60,088 nt of DNA from an uncultured virus (IMG/VR IMGVR_UViG_3300027861_004722) (lineage: Duplodnaviria > Heunggongvirae > Uroviricota > Caudoviricetes). Below are positions 1 through 9,569 of this stretch, in pieces. The notes beneath the pieces are model-generated. The model ran no database searches. It was not told where the DNA came from and saw only the letters and a program-made list of their open reading frames with translations. The stretch is taken from IMG/VR virus record IMGVR_UViG_3300027861_004722. The stretch is one strand, 5' to 3'. The translations under genes and the position numbers were made by a program. Numbering within the stretch: the first letter of the stretch is position 1; every line of letters begins with the position of its first letter.

Positions 1-5
1 AAGAG

Positions 6-1076
6 ATGATTCAAAAACTCCTAGATATAGGAGTTCTCCAGTTTAATCTAAAAACTAATTCCCTCAGAATCTCCCCTAATGCAGAGACTCTAGCCTGGGA
101 AGAATCTCTAGGTTTTGAACATGTTGCCATCAGACAAAAGAAAAATCTCAACAAATCACGCCTAGATGTTAATACCACTTCTGAGATTATAAAAGGTGTT
201 CATAGACCTATCCCAATGATCGCTGCTAACATGAGCACAGTAACTAATGCAGAATTCTGCATACAACTCTATAAATTAGGGGCCTTCGGTATTTTGCATC
301 GCGCAGCACCCGAGGATTACTTATGTAATGAGATGAGAAAGATAGCGGAAGAATGCAAATGGGCAGCGGGCTCCATAGGGGTTGGTGAGGCTAGCCTGCC
401 TATGGCTAGGAAGTTAATAGATAATGGATGTAATATTCTCGTAATAGATATTGCTCATGGTTACAGTGATTCTGTTATTAATATAGCTAGAAAGCTCAAA
501 GATTTAGCCCCAGATATCAAATTAGTTGTAGGTAATACCACAAATATAGGACTTCTCTTAGAGGCTAAAGATGTAATTGACGCGTTAAAGGTGGGAATTG
601 CTCAAGGCGCAGCTTGCGAAACCAAGAATACTGCAGGTTGCACGGAGAAGCAATTCAGTGCTACTCTGAAATTCAAACATCTATCTAAAGAACTGGGTAT
701 ACCTATTATCAGTGATGGTGGCATACGCGAACCAGCAGATTTCACCAAAGCCGTAGCAGCTGGGGCCAACTCTGTTATGGCAGGCAGTGTGTTTGCTCGT
801 TGCCCAGAAAGCGCTGCCGAAGTCTTGCATAAAGACGGGAATCCTAAGAAAATTTATGCAGGAATGGCGAGTCGATACGTACAGGAGAAGTGGAGAGGGG
901 GCCTTAAAGATGGCACCTGTCCTGAGGGAGGAGTAAGGCTCCTAGATCTAGGAGAGCCACTAGAATCCCTACTTAAAAGATGGTCCGGTGCTCTTAAATC
1001 AGGGATAACCTATGCAGGTGGCAACGATATCCCATCCTTCCAAAACACAGTGGAGTTTCTTAAACTTAAATCATGA
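6..1076 (+). CDS. IMP dehydrogenase / GMP reductase family protein (no CBS domains)
   Basis: Motifs PMIAANM, VIDIAHG, KVGIAQGAAC (catalytic Cys loop), ISDGG, YAGMAS, CPEG; IMPDH vs GMPR cannot be decided by eye. Confidence 0.9.
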   Translation: MIQKLLDIGVLQFNLKTNSLRISPNAETLAWEESLGFEHVAIRQKKNLNKSRLDVNTTSEIIKGVHRPIPMIAANMSTVTNAEFCIQLYKLGAFGILHRAAPEDYLCNEMRKIAEECKWAAGSIGVGEASLPMARKLIDNGCNILVIDIAHGYSDSVINIARKLKDLAPDIKLVVGNTTNIGLLLEAKDVIDALKVGIAQGAACETKNTAGCTEKQFSATLKFKHLSKELGIPIISDGGIREPADFTKAVAAGANSVMAGSVFARCPESAAEVLHKDGNPKKIYAGMASRYVQEKWRGGLKDGTCPEGGVRLLDLGEPLESLLKRWSGALKSGITYAGGNDIPSFQNTVEFLKLKS

Positions 1077-1345
1077 TTGATCCAGAATGCGCTATATGTA
1101 GTGAGCTAATAACCGCCATCGAGAGCCTAGAAAAAATAGTTGGGCACATCGAGTGGGGTTGCCAAGGCTCTTCAAAGAAGTCAGATTTCGGACTAACTAA
1201 AAAATATATTATTGAGAGAGTTGGCGAAATTAAAAAAATGCAAAAGTGGCACGAATACTTCCATTCAACGGGCGAGAGCTTGATGGATACGAATCGTGAT
1301 GTAAACTCAGGGGGGAAGCAGCCCCGACGATGGCGAAAGCCTTAG
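1073..1345 (+). CDS. hypothetical protein
   Basis: ATGA overlap with upstream stop; N-terminal CxxC. Confidence 0.6.
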   Translation: MIDPECAICSELITAIESLEKIVGHIEWGCQGSSKKSDFGLTKKYIIERVGEIKKMQKWHEYFHSTGESLMDTNRDVNSGGKQPRRWRKP

Positions 1346-1354
1346 AGGAAATGA

Positions 1355-2461
1355 ATGGCAAGTTTTACAATTAATAGCGGAGAATTCTTGGATGCAATAT
1401 CCGCAATTTTCCCTCTGGTTCCAAATAAACCGCCTAGAGATATTTTAAAGTGCTTCAAAATAGAAGCTAAGCTAGACCACTCTCTACATATCCACACCAC
1501 AGATCTTGAGACCTTTGCAAGCGTAAAACTTGATACAGGTGTAATGGTGCATGTTGAGGGCTCTTTCACTGTTCCAGCCGCAATCTTATTGGAGTATGCC
1601 AAGTCTCTTGATGGGGGCAATGCAGAATTTCTGGTAACCCCAGAAGAAGCACTCAGGATTTCAGAAGGGGAAGCTATTTTCCAGGTAGGGCTACAAGATA
1701 TAGATGAGTATCCTACCTTCCCAGATATCCCAGAAAACTTAACGCAGGTAGGGCTACCGCTACCTGCGCTAGGAAAAGCACTAACACAAGTTACCTTTGC
1801 GGTGGCGGATAAGGGCAGCCCCAGATGGGGAACACTTAATGCTGTTTGTCTGGAGACTAGCGATAGGGAGGTAGCTCTTATTGGGACGGACACCCACAGA
1901 GTTAGTCTAGTAAAGGTAGAAGTAGACGCTGCCTTGCCCGAGGCAAGCTACCTAGTGCCATCCAAAACACTAGCGCTGATTCCCAAAATCTTCACAGAAG
2001 AAGAAGTTCAGGTTTCCTTTGGAAATACTCACAATTTAGTTTTCTCCGATGAAAAAACCACGATTCTAGTTAGATTATTGCATGGAAATTTTCCACCAGT
2101 AAGAAACTTCATTCCAAATCATCCAAAGGAAGTCGAATTAGACGCGGCTTCTTTCTTAAAACAAGTTAGAAAGTCCTCGTTGGCAACAGATAAGCACAGC
2201 ACCCTGAGGTTAGAGCTATCAAATAATAAAATGAAGCTACTTACTAAAACCAGACAACAAAGAAAAGTAGCAAAGGTTGAGTTCTCTATGGAATACGATG
2301 GAGACGATTTTGAGTTTGCCTTGAACTGTAAGTATCTCATGGATGCACTAAAGGCCTCATCTAATGACCAGCCTATTACGATGCACTTTAACCAAAATAA
2401 CCAACCTATCTTGTTTACGCAAGATAGTTACACGCACTTGATTGTTCCTCAAGTCATTTAG
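1355..2461 (+). CDS. dnaN: DNA polymerase III beta sliding clamp
   Basis: 368 aa; TTDLE, GTDTHR, GNFP, LNCKYLMDAL, C-terminal LIVP; SD GAGG. Confidence 0.93.
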   Translation: MASFTINSGEFLDAISAIFPLVPNKPPRDILKCFKIEAKLDHSLHIHTTDLETFASVKLDTGVMVHVEGSFTVPAAILLEYAKSLDGGNAEFLVTPEEALRISEGEAIFQVGLQDIDEYPTFPDIPENLTQVGLPLPALGKALTQVTFAVADKGSPRWGTLNAVCLETSDREVALIGTDTHRVSLVKVEVDAALPEASYLVPSKTLALIPKIFTEEEVQVSFGNTHNLVFSDEKTTILVRLLHGNFPPVRNFIPNHPKEVELDAASFLKQVRKSSLATDKHSTLRLELSNNKMKLLTKTRQQRKVAKVEFSMEYDGDDFEFALNCKYLMDALKASSNDQPITMHFNQNNQPILFTQDSYTHLIVPQVI

Positions 2462-2469
2462 GAGAAATA

Positions 2470-2787
2470 ATGAAAACGAAAACATATAAAGTATTAGGCG
2501 ATAGAATTCTAGTCCAACGAGACCCACTGCTAGAGCAGGTAGAGGGCCTTCTATTAATGCCGGAGAATATAGAGAAGAAACCTAGTTCTGGAACCGTAAT
2601 TACCTGCGGTAGTAAAGTAGAGGATGTTCAAGAAGGAGACAAAGTCTTTTTTAATGAATACGCCGGATATTTTCTAGACACTGATCAAACCTTAGAGGAA
2701 TCTGATTTGATCGTTATGAGAGAAGATGAGATTCTAGCAATTGAGCAAGAGGCAGAATCTGCCGAAGTTGCCGAAGTCGCTGAATAA
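2470..2787 (+). CDS. groES: co-chaperonin GroES
   Basis: LGDRILV, GTVITCG, VQEGDKVFF, MREDEILA; SD AGGAG. Confidence 0.92.
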   Translation: MKTKTYKVLGDRILVQRDPLLEQVEGLLLMPENIEKKPSSGTVITCGSKVEDVQEGDKVFFNEYAGYFLDTDQTLEESDLIVMREDEILAIEQEAESAEVAEVAE

Positions 2788-2802
2788 TGAAAGTAGTTAT
2801 AT

Positions 2803-3438
2803 ATGCGTAAACCTAAAATAGCCCTTGATTTAGATGGGGTAGTAGTTAATTTTCACCAGAAGTTGATTGATATATACAATGATCGGTATCCTGATAAACC
2901 TCTCACAACTAGTGATATAGATTGTGATATAGAGAGCCTGGGCCCAGAACTAGCTAGGCAGCTAATTACCATCTTCAACGAAGATGGTTTCTTGCTTAAT
3001 CTAGAACCCTTCCCTGGCGCAATAAATACAATTTCCCAATTCCAAGATTTAGGATTTAAGGTTACTGTTTGCACAGCCCCCGCTAGAAATTTAGATGGCT
3101 ATGTAAACCCCAATAGTGCGGCAGAGAAATTTGCTTGGCTGCGCAAGCAGCTGCCTTTCTGGGCGGTTAATGCAATTATAACTAAAAACAAAAAAGTAGT
3201 TGGTGCCGATATGTTAATCGATGATACCGCTGAAAACATTATCAGTTGGTGCGATGAACATACAGATGGCATTGGCTATTTAATAAACCAACCCTGGAAT
3301 CAGAAATTTAGACACTACCCAAGCAACTCAATTAGGGGCTCCCTCCCCGGAGTAGCCTCTTTTATAGAAAAATTTTGGTGCCCAGAAAGAGGCAAGTTTT
3401 TTTATAGGTTAGAAGAATTTCACCAAGGTTGGAAATAA
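2803..3438 (+). CDS. 5'(3')-deoxyribonucleotidase, HAD family
   Basis: IALDLDGVV motif I, EK..WL, LIDD, PWN. Confidence 0.85.
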   Translation: MRKPKIALDLDGVVVNFHQKLIDIYNDRYPDKPLTTSDIDCDIESLGPELARQLITIFNEDGFLLNLEPFPGAINTISQFQDLGFKVTVCTAPARNLDGYVNPNSAAEKFAWLRKQLPFWAVNAIITKNKKVVGADMLIDDTAENIISWCDEHTDGIGYLINQPWNQKFRHYPSNSIRGSLPGVASFIEKFWCPERGKFFYRLEEFHQGWK

Positions 3439-3462
3439 TCTAGCTTAGCTAGAGGAGACCCC

Positions 3463-3750
3463 TTGACATCTTTAATAAAAAGAGAGACACAAAAAGCATT
3501 AGATTCTTTAAAAATTTCAAAAAGTTCATTGGCATCAAAAGATTTGATCAGCCATATGACCGCAGAAATACAAAGACTGATGGACCAAGGAGATTGGAAT
3601 TTCGCTGTTCGGCTAAGTTTTTATAGGCACGAGTTTGCAAAAATATCTAAAAACTTAGACTGGTATGCGCCATATCTTGAAATTCGAAAGATACGAGATA
3701 AGATACAAACAATGCTAGGCGACCATGCCCCCTATAAAAATAGGAAATAG
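3463..3750 (+). CDS. hypothetical protein
   Basis: GAGGAG SD before TTG start; in operon. Confidence 0.6.
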   Translation: MTSLIKRETQKALDSLKISKSSLASKDLISHMTAEIQRLMDQGDWNFAVRLSFYRHEFAKISKNLDWYAPYLEIRKIRDKIQTMLGDHAPYKNRK

Positions 3751-4009
3751 GTATAAGGTATTTATACCCAGCGACGTCCAAAGGATCTTAAACAAGGTAG
3801 CTTGCAGTTACCACGAAAAAGTAATAACTGTCTTAGACGTAAATAAAGCTGCTGGTATTGTTTTAATAGCTAAAGAACTAACCAAAGAGCTAAACCCAAA
3901 AGGACTATGGGTAGAAGATTTCTGGCTGTTTACCCTTGACCCAGACGGGAAATGCATTTGTGGCATGGAAAGATTAATAGCACAAGGATGTAACTGTGGC
4001 GGAAGATAA
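3725..4009 (+). CDS. hypothetical protein with C-terminal CxC...CxC
   Basis: Overlaps both neighbours; KCICG..QGCNCG. Confidence 0.6.
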   Translation: MPPIKIGNRYKVFIPSDVQRILNKVACSYHEKVITVLDVNKAAGIVLIAKELTKELNPKGLWVEDFWLFTLDPDGKCICGMERLIAQGCNCGGR

Positions 4010-6086
4010 AGATAAAGATAAGAAGCAGGAAAGTAGAAAATTACCTGTAATAGTTGGTAATTTCGATTTCAGGCCCTCGCACGTTCTGGGGTCTTCCGGC
4101 CCTCTGGCTAAGAGTTTGCCTGACTATGAAGTCAGAGGACCCCAGATAACATTAGCAGAGACTATCCAGAAAGCTTTCGAGGATAAGAAAAACTTAGCGG
4201 CAGAAGCAGCAACAGGAACCGGAAAGAGCTTCGCTAATATTTTAGCTGCTTTAGAGACCTCCGCTGGCACCGGCATGCCCGTTGTAATCAGCACTCATAC
4301 TATTGCACTACAAGAGCAGCTAGTCGAGAAGGATATACCTTTTCTGATTGACCAACTACAACTTAGTAATGTCCATGTAGCTTTAGCTAAAGGCAGGGGT
4401 AATTACGCCAGTATTAGACGAGCTAGGATAGCTATCGGAGAAAACCAAAAAGATAGCCAGAAGCTTAGTAGGTGGTTAAATAGCACAGATGATGGAACCT
4501 TATCCAGCATGAGTTCTAGAATAGACCACACAACTTGGAGCAGATCAAAAAGCGACCCAGATCAATGTTTGGGGGAAACCTGCCCAGATTTTGCTGACTG
4601 TTTCTATCAAAAATCAAGACGAGCTTTGGGAGAAGCCCATCTTATTGTCACTAATCACAATCTAGTACTGCTAGATCTTAAGATGAAATCCTCTGGATTA
4701 GGAGCAGTGTTACCCCCATACAAGCATTTAATTTTCGATGAAGGCCATGAGGTAGAAACCGTCGCCAGAAAAGTATTTACTTTCGAACTAAAACAAAAGG
4801 ATATCCCCCTACTTTTTCACGAGGTTTATAATGATAACGGAACAGGTTTCTTAAATCAGATGCTTCTCACAGCTGAGATGACGCTGAGAGAAAACGCGGC
4901 TATCTCCGCTGAACAAGACCCCAAAGCATTAGCTATCAAAGGAGCCGGGGATTCTATAGAGGCTCTATTCGAACAAAACGATGAGTTTTTCCGTAAAGTA
5001 AGTTCTTACGTTGGTTCCTTACCAATGAAAAGATTTATGGAAAAAAACACCATTAAAACCGATATCATGACCTCCTTAGAAGTAGCTTTGTCTTGCCTCA
5101 AACACTTGGATTTTATTTCTAGTGACGACCACAAAGTCGCTTTAGAATTTGCGTCTAAGAAGTGCACAGAAATCGCCCTGGGGATTGATAAGATCTTAGA
5201 ACTCCCTAATGCAGAAGGGAAGGACTATCCGGATATTGTAGCTTGGGCTAGCGCCAGAGGAATGAATAGTTATAGGACATATACCGTCACCTGTGCCCCC
5301 ATATTCCTAGGCCCTACTATGAAAAAGCTAGTATATAGGCCTCTAGATTCTGTTATTTTTACGTCCGCTACGTTATCAACCGGGGGACGTAACCCATTTA
5401 GAATGTTTGAGAGCAGCCTAGGGCTAAAAGAGCCTATGAGACTCAAACTTCCAGCTGTCTTTGATTACAAGAGACAGGCGTCCATCGTAACTATTAAAGA
5501 TATGCCAGAGCAAAAAGATTCTAACTATGCAGAAGCCATGGCAGAGCAAGTTAAGAAATTTTGTAGACTTACTAGAGGAGGTGCCTTCGTTCTGTTCACT
5601 AGTTTTAAAGCAATGAACCAAGTCTATGAACTATCCAAGGTAGGGCTAGAGATGGCAAATTGCGAACTATTTTGCCAAGGAAAAGAGCTTAACAGGAAGC
5701 AAATGATAGAGGCTTTCAAACGGACAAATCGCGGAGTTCTGTTCGGAGTTAGTAGCTTCTGGACGGGCGTTGACGTTCCTGGAAGAGCCTTACGTAACCT
5801 AATCATTACCAAGCTGCCGTTCCCAGCACCTAATGATCCACTGATGCAGGCACAGAAAGAAATTTACGAAAAGTTCGGAAGGAATTTCTTTTATGAGCGT
5901 GCCATCCCTATGACAGCGATTCTGCTAAAACAAGGCTTCGGAAGGCTGATACGTAAATCTACGGACAAGGGCATTGTTGTGATTCTTGATAGCCGGGTAG
6001 TAACAAAAAAGTATGGCCCCATGTTATTAAATGTGCTACCAGCTGAGTGCCCAAAAAAATATGGCACAAGAGCAAGTAAGCTATAA
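3996..6086 (+). CDS. DinG/YoaA-family SF2 helicase
   Basis: Walker A AATGTGKS, DEGH, TSAT, FWTGVDVPG, QGFGRLIR; three Cys of the FeS site (C-x4-C-x5-C), first Cys position reads GNYASIRR. Confidence 0.93.
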   Translation: MAEDKDKDKKQESRKLPVIVGNFDFRPSHVLGSSGPLAKSLPDYEVRGPQITLAETIQKAFEDKKNLAAEAATGTGKSFANILAALETSAGTGMPVVISTHTIALQEQLVEKDIPFLIDQLQLSNVHVALAKGRGNYASIRRARIAIGENQKDSQKLSRWLNSTDDGTLSSMSSRIDHTTWSRSKSDPDQCLGETCPDFADCFYQKSRRALGEAHLIVTNHNLVLLDLKMKSSGLGAVLPPYKHLIFDEGHEVETVARKVFTFELKQKDIPLLFHEVYNDNGTGFLNQMLLTAEMTLRENAAISAEQDPKALAIKGAGDSIEALFEQNDEFFRKVSSYVGSLPMKRFMEKNTIKTDIMTSLEVALSCLKHLDFISSDDHKVALEFASKKCTEIALGIDKILELPNAEGKDYPDIVAWASARGMNSYRTYTVTCAPIFLGPTMKKLVYRPLDSVIFTSATLSTGGRNPFRMFESSLGLKEPMRLKLPAVFDYKRQASIVTIKDMPEQKDSNYAEAMAEQVKKFCRLTRGGAFVLFTSFKAMNQVYELSKVGLEMANCELFCQGKELNRKQMIEAFKRTNRGVLFGVSSFWTGVDVPGRALRNLIITKLPFPAPNDPLMQAQKEIYEKFGRNFFYERAIPMTAILLKQGFGRLIRKSTDKGIVVILDSRVVTKKYGPMLLNVLPAECPKKYGTRASKL

Positions 6087-6183
6087 CTAGCTAAGAAAAT
6101 TCCTACTTGGAACTAGGGCGATTTTTTCATTATACCAAAAAGCTTTTACTATACTAAATATTACATTTTATATCGTTGAACAC

Positions 6184-6212
6184 TTGACTCTATAATCTAT
6201 TTCTTCTACACT
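6184..6212 (+). promoter_or_regulatory. sigma70-type promoter
   Basis: TTGACT-17-TACACT upstream of HTH gene. Confidence 0.65.
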
Positions 6213-6265
6213 TGATGTAGAGAGTTTCCTTATAGGAAACGAAAAATAGAAACGGAGTTCGAATA

Positions 6266-6649
6266 GTGAAACTTTACGAGCCGGATTATCCTGGCGAAAG
6301 AAACCCCTGGAACAGGGCAAAACACCCTGAAAACTATAACTACATCCAGATGATTATCAACAGGGTTGATACAGAGTTAGTACGTCCACCAAAATACAGT
6401 GATGAGACTAAGCTGGAGGTATATAAATTAAGAGATGAGGGCTACACTCTCCGAGAAATAGCCAACAAAGTAGGCGTCTCAAAGAGCACCGCATGTCTAT
6501 ATATACAAAAGTATCGCAAGCAACAAGCACAGACCGCAGCAGTTGTTCAGCCTGGCACCAGCAAGGTTATACAAGCCCACTACTCAGTCAGTGAGATCAA
6601 TGTTGGCAAGATCACCCCCAAGACCTCTAACGCTAATAGCGAGGTCTAG
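6266..6649 (+). CDS. helix-turn-helix DNA-binding protein
   Basis: LRDEGYTLREIANKVGVSKSTA. Confidence 0.8.
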   Translation: MKLYEPDYPGERNPWNRAKHPENYNYIQMIINRVDTELVRPPKYSDETKLEVYKLRDEGYTLREIANKVGVSKSTACLYIQKYRKQQAQTAAVVQPGTSKVIQAHYSVSEINVGKITPKTSNANSEV

Positions 6650-7141
6650 ATGGCATTACCAATGCTAGCCCTAGATCTGGCCACCAAGACTGGCTGGGCT
6701 ATGAAAGATAGAACAGGCGCTATAGCGTCTGGGATGCAAGAATTTGCACTTAAGCGTGGAGAAAGCAAAGGAATGCGATTTCTACGTTTTCGTAAATGGC
6801 TCAGAGAAATGCTCGCCCTTGGGGAGATAGGAACAAGTTTTTCCGAAGATGAGCCCGGGGTTATAGCTTTTGAGCAAGCACATCATAGAGGTGGGGCTGC
6901 TACTGAGTTATGTGTAGGACTAATGACAGATACCCTAGCCGAGGCCGCCCGAATAAGCGCGGAACACATGCCCATCCATACGGGACAGCTTAAAAAGTGG
7001 GCTACTGGCAAGGGCAATACTGGAAAAGCGGGTATGATGGCTCGGGCCCAAGAACTTTATCCAGGTATTGAACTCATCGATGACAATCATGCAGATGCTC
7101 TTCTTCTATTAAGCTATGCTTTAGAAGAAATTGGTGTCTAG
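6650..7141 (+). CDS. RuvC-like Holliday junction resolvase
   Basis: LALDLA, IAFEQ, KKWATGKGN.GK, DDNHADAL acidic catalytic set. Confidence 0.85.
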   Translation: MALPMLALDLATKTGWAMKDRTGAIASGMQEFALKRGESKGMRFLRFRKWLREMLALGEIGTSFSEDEPGVIAFEQAHHRGGAATELCVGLMTDTLAEAARISAEHMPIHTGQLKKWATGKGNTGKAGMMARAQELYPGIELIDDNHADALLLLSYALEEIGV

Positions 7142-7189
7142 TGTTTGATTATTCCCCGCACTTGCTTTATTCTAGAAATTGAGGTAATT

Positions 7190-7576
7190 ATGTCATTAAG
7201 AGATATGGCCCGTAGGGCACTAAAAAACGTCCGTCGAACTGTTACAGGAGAGATAGATGTACAAGAACTTCTCAATAAAAACCAAGTTAAGATGGTAAAA
7301 ACACGAGAATATGAAGCCGATGATCATGGGAACAAGATTGCATGGTCCTATAGATTCATTTTTGATAACCAAGGCCGAAAACAATCTTTTCTGCAGGCTA
7401 TTGGAGCTTACCCAAAGCAACAATGGGATGACTTTGTTTCTTGGAAAAACGATATAAGTAATTTAAATGGTGAGATTTGTGTTGAAGCCGCATGCTTAGT
7501 TCCCCCACAGGAAACAGGTCGAATGAGACACCAATTTGAACATTTTGTAACCAGAGAACTGGTATTGAAAGGATAA
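7190..7576 (+). CDS. hypothetical protein
   Basis: GAGG SD before ATG 7190 (MSLRDM). Confidence 0.65.
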   Translation: MSLRDMARRALKNVRRTVTGEIDVQELLNKNQVKMVKTREYEADDHGNKIAWSYRFIFDNQGRKQSFLQAIGAYPKQQWDDFVSWKNDISNLNGEICVEAACLVPPQETGRMRHQFEHFVTRELVLKG

Positions 7577-7578
7577 TC

Positions 7579-7908
7579 ATGGGACAAAGAACTATAGAGG
7601 TAGCTGTAAGCTCAGAACTAGCCCCCACCATCGCAGACACCCTTAAAACCGATTGTCTACGTATTGAGACTGTTAAAAAAATACAACTAGCCCCTCATTC
7701 AGATACACGAATCAATCTCACTGTGCATAACACATCTCATGTAGGGCGCATGGGCCAAATAATTGCTAATTTTGATGCTAGGGAAGCCCATGTAAAGATT
7801 CCCAATTCCCACGTTTATGTGGCTCCGGATGGGCAGACTGTAGTTTATGCTATTGTTAGCCCACTACTTAAGCATGGAAATACTAAGATTACTTTTGACG
7901 TTTTCTAA
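7579..7908 (+). CDS. hypothetical beta-rich protein
   Basis: AAGGA SD; in operon. Confidence 0.65.
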   Translation: MGQRTIEVAVSSELAPTIADTLKTDCLRIETVKKIQLAPHSDTRINLTVHNTSHVGRMGQIIANFDAREAHVKIPNSHVYVAPDGQTVVYAIVSPLLKHGNTKITFDVF

Positions 7909-7928
7909 TAAGACTACTAACTAGACTA

Positions 7929-7970
7929 AAAAATAGACTCACGAATCCTTTCGATCATGAGTCTATTTTT
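7929..7970. terminator. intrinsic terminator-like hairpin
   Basis: AAAAATAGACTCA...TGAGTCTATTTTT inverted repeat after operon end. Confidence 0.6.
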
Positions 7971-8098
7971 ATGAAACCGCCTTAGCAAGGCACTGAACTA
8001 CTACAACAATTAATTCCTTCTACTTTAGGGCTATTTTTAACTATTTTTTCCAATATTTGTAATTAAACTTTCTTTATTCTACAATGATATAGGAGAGT

Positions 8099-8485
8099 TT
8101 GATGACCTTGAAAGAAACTTTAGATCAAGTAACTAAAGTTATTAGAGCACTACAATATAAGGATCACCCTAAGGATGAACTAGTATCTTTATTGCAGAAT
8201 TTAATAGTTTTAGTAGGGCAAGTATTAGTCCAGCGAGATGACGCAACAGAAAAGCTAAGTCGTTATGACATGCAACTTTGGTTATCCCATATTATGGGGC
8301 AAGTCGAGTGCCCAGACTGCACTTGCCAATTTCCTATTGATTTCTTTGTAGGATCTAAAGGCATTGATGGTAAGCCGCTAACAGCAGCCACGCAAGACGA
8401 ACTGATAGAGCTTCTAGAATTTCCACCGATAACTCAAGAAGATATTAAGAATTCTCCTATCCCAGATTTCATGCCTGAATTATAG
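8099..8485 (+). CDS. hypothetical protein (CPDC motif)
   Basis: AGGAG SD; TACAAT -10 upstream. Confidence 0.65.
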   Translation: MMTLKETLDQVTKVIRALQYKDHPKDELVSLLQNLIVLVGQVLVQRDDATEKLSRYDMQLWLSHIMGQVECPDCTCQFPIDFFVGSKGIDGKPLTAATQDELIELLEFPPITQEDIKNSPIPDFMPEL

Positions 8486-8509
8486 GCAATCTTTAGGTAT
8501 AATCATTGC

Positions 8510-9061
8510 ATGGAGCCAGATTTCGTTACACGCCAACACCTAGACTCGCTAACCCCCTCTTCCGATCCTGATATGGCTGAGGTGCTGGGTAAGTATAAAT
8601 TTCCACCAGCAACGCGGCCCCCGAGACCCCCTAGGCCGATGGGCGGATATGGACAGCCCGCGCAGTTTAGTGCCCCTTCAAGCAATAATGATATGCTGCT
8701 GGGGAGTATGCTAGGGCAGCTACAGGCTAATCAAAACCAAAATCAGACCAAGAACAGCCCCTCTTCGGATGGGTTTCAGCTTTCAATCAATACAGAAATA
8801 CTCAGATGGCTACTTCTTATTGTTCTATTGGTTGTTTTAATTTGGCTAGTTTTACAGGTCCGACAAAATAAGAAGAATTCAGCTAAGTCCGAGTTACGTA
8901 ACAATCTTTCCAGAAAACCAGAATTTAGGAGATTTCGTTCCAGAAGCCGCTCTAAGAGAAAAAATCCCAAAGAACTACCTTTTGATGAGATATCCTGGCC
9001 GAGTTGGGGGCAGGAAGATGAAACAGAAGATGCTTGGGACGAGCCAGATGATGATTTTTAG
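8510..9061 (+). CDS. single-pass membrane protein; Pro/Gln-rich N-terminus, basic then acidic C-terminus
   Basis: TM WLLLIVLLVVLIWLVL; RSRSRSKRKNP; TATAAT 6 nt before ATG. Confidence 0.75.
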   Translation: MEPDFVTRQHLDSLTPSSDPDMAEVLGKYKFPPATRPPRPPRPMGGYGQPAQFSAPSSNNDMLLGSMLGQLQANQNQNQTKNSPSSDGFQLSINTEILRWLLLIVLLVVLIWLVLQVRQNKKNSAKSELRNNLSRKPEFRRFRSRSRSKRKNPKELPFDEISWPSWGQEDETEDAWDEPDDDF

Positions 9062-9471
9062 CGAAGTTTCTTTTTAACCAAAGCTACATCAAGCAGATTT
9101 ACAACCAATTTCCAGCCAAGACGTTGCAGCAACTTAACTACCCTAGGCTTAAAGACGTGAGCATAGAGCGCAGTTACCCTGTATTTTTCCCGCAACTCAT
9201 CTTCTAAGTAGGCTAAAAGTTTAGCCCCTATTTTTTTACTGCGATGCTCTTTAGCAACAGCTGTCTGGACACTAAAAGCTGTTCGGGTACCTGGTATTAT
9301 TAGGTAGCAGGTATATGCAATGACTTCCTTTTTCTCATCTTGAACTATGTATAGCCAACCCAGGGCCATTAACAAGCTGTAAAATGGGAGGGTATAGTTT
9401 AAAATATCTCCTTCTTTAGCTAATTCTACTACCCTTTGACAGTGTTTTGGGGTGGCCCGAGATACAAACAT
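9058..9471 (-). CDS. GNAT family acetyltransferase
   Basis: AVAKEHRSKKIGAKLL motif A, LGW; start reassigned to MFVSRA (TGnTATACT 6 nt upstream). Confidence 0.8.
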   Translation of the reverse strand: MFVSRATPKHCQRVVELAKEGDILNYTLPFYSLLMALGWLYIVQDEKKEVIAYTCYLIIPGTRTAFSVQTAVAKEHRSKKIGAKLLAYLEDELREKYRVTALYAHVFKPRVVKLLQRLGWKLVVNLLDVALVKKKLR

Positions 9472-9569
9472 AGTATAAGTATAGCAGAAATCCAAATAAA
9501 ATTTAAACTCTATTAAGGTCAATAGTAGCAACCTCACCAAGAGGTGTTAAAATTTCTTAGAGGGTTAAT

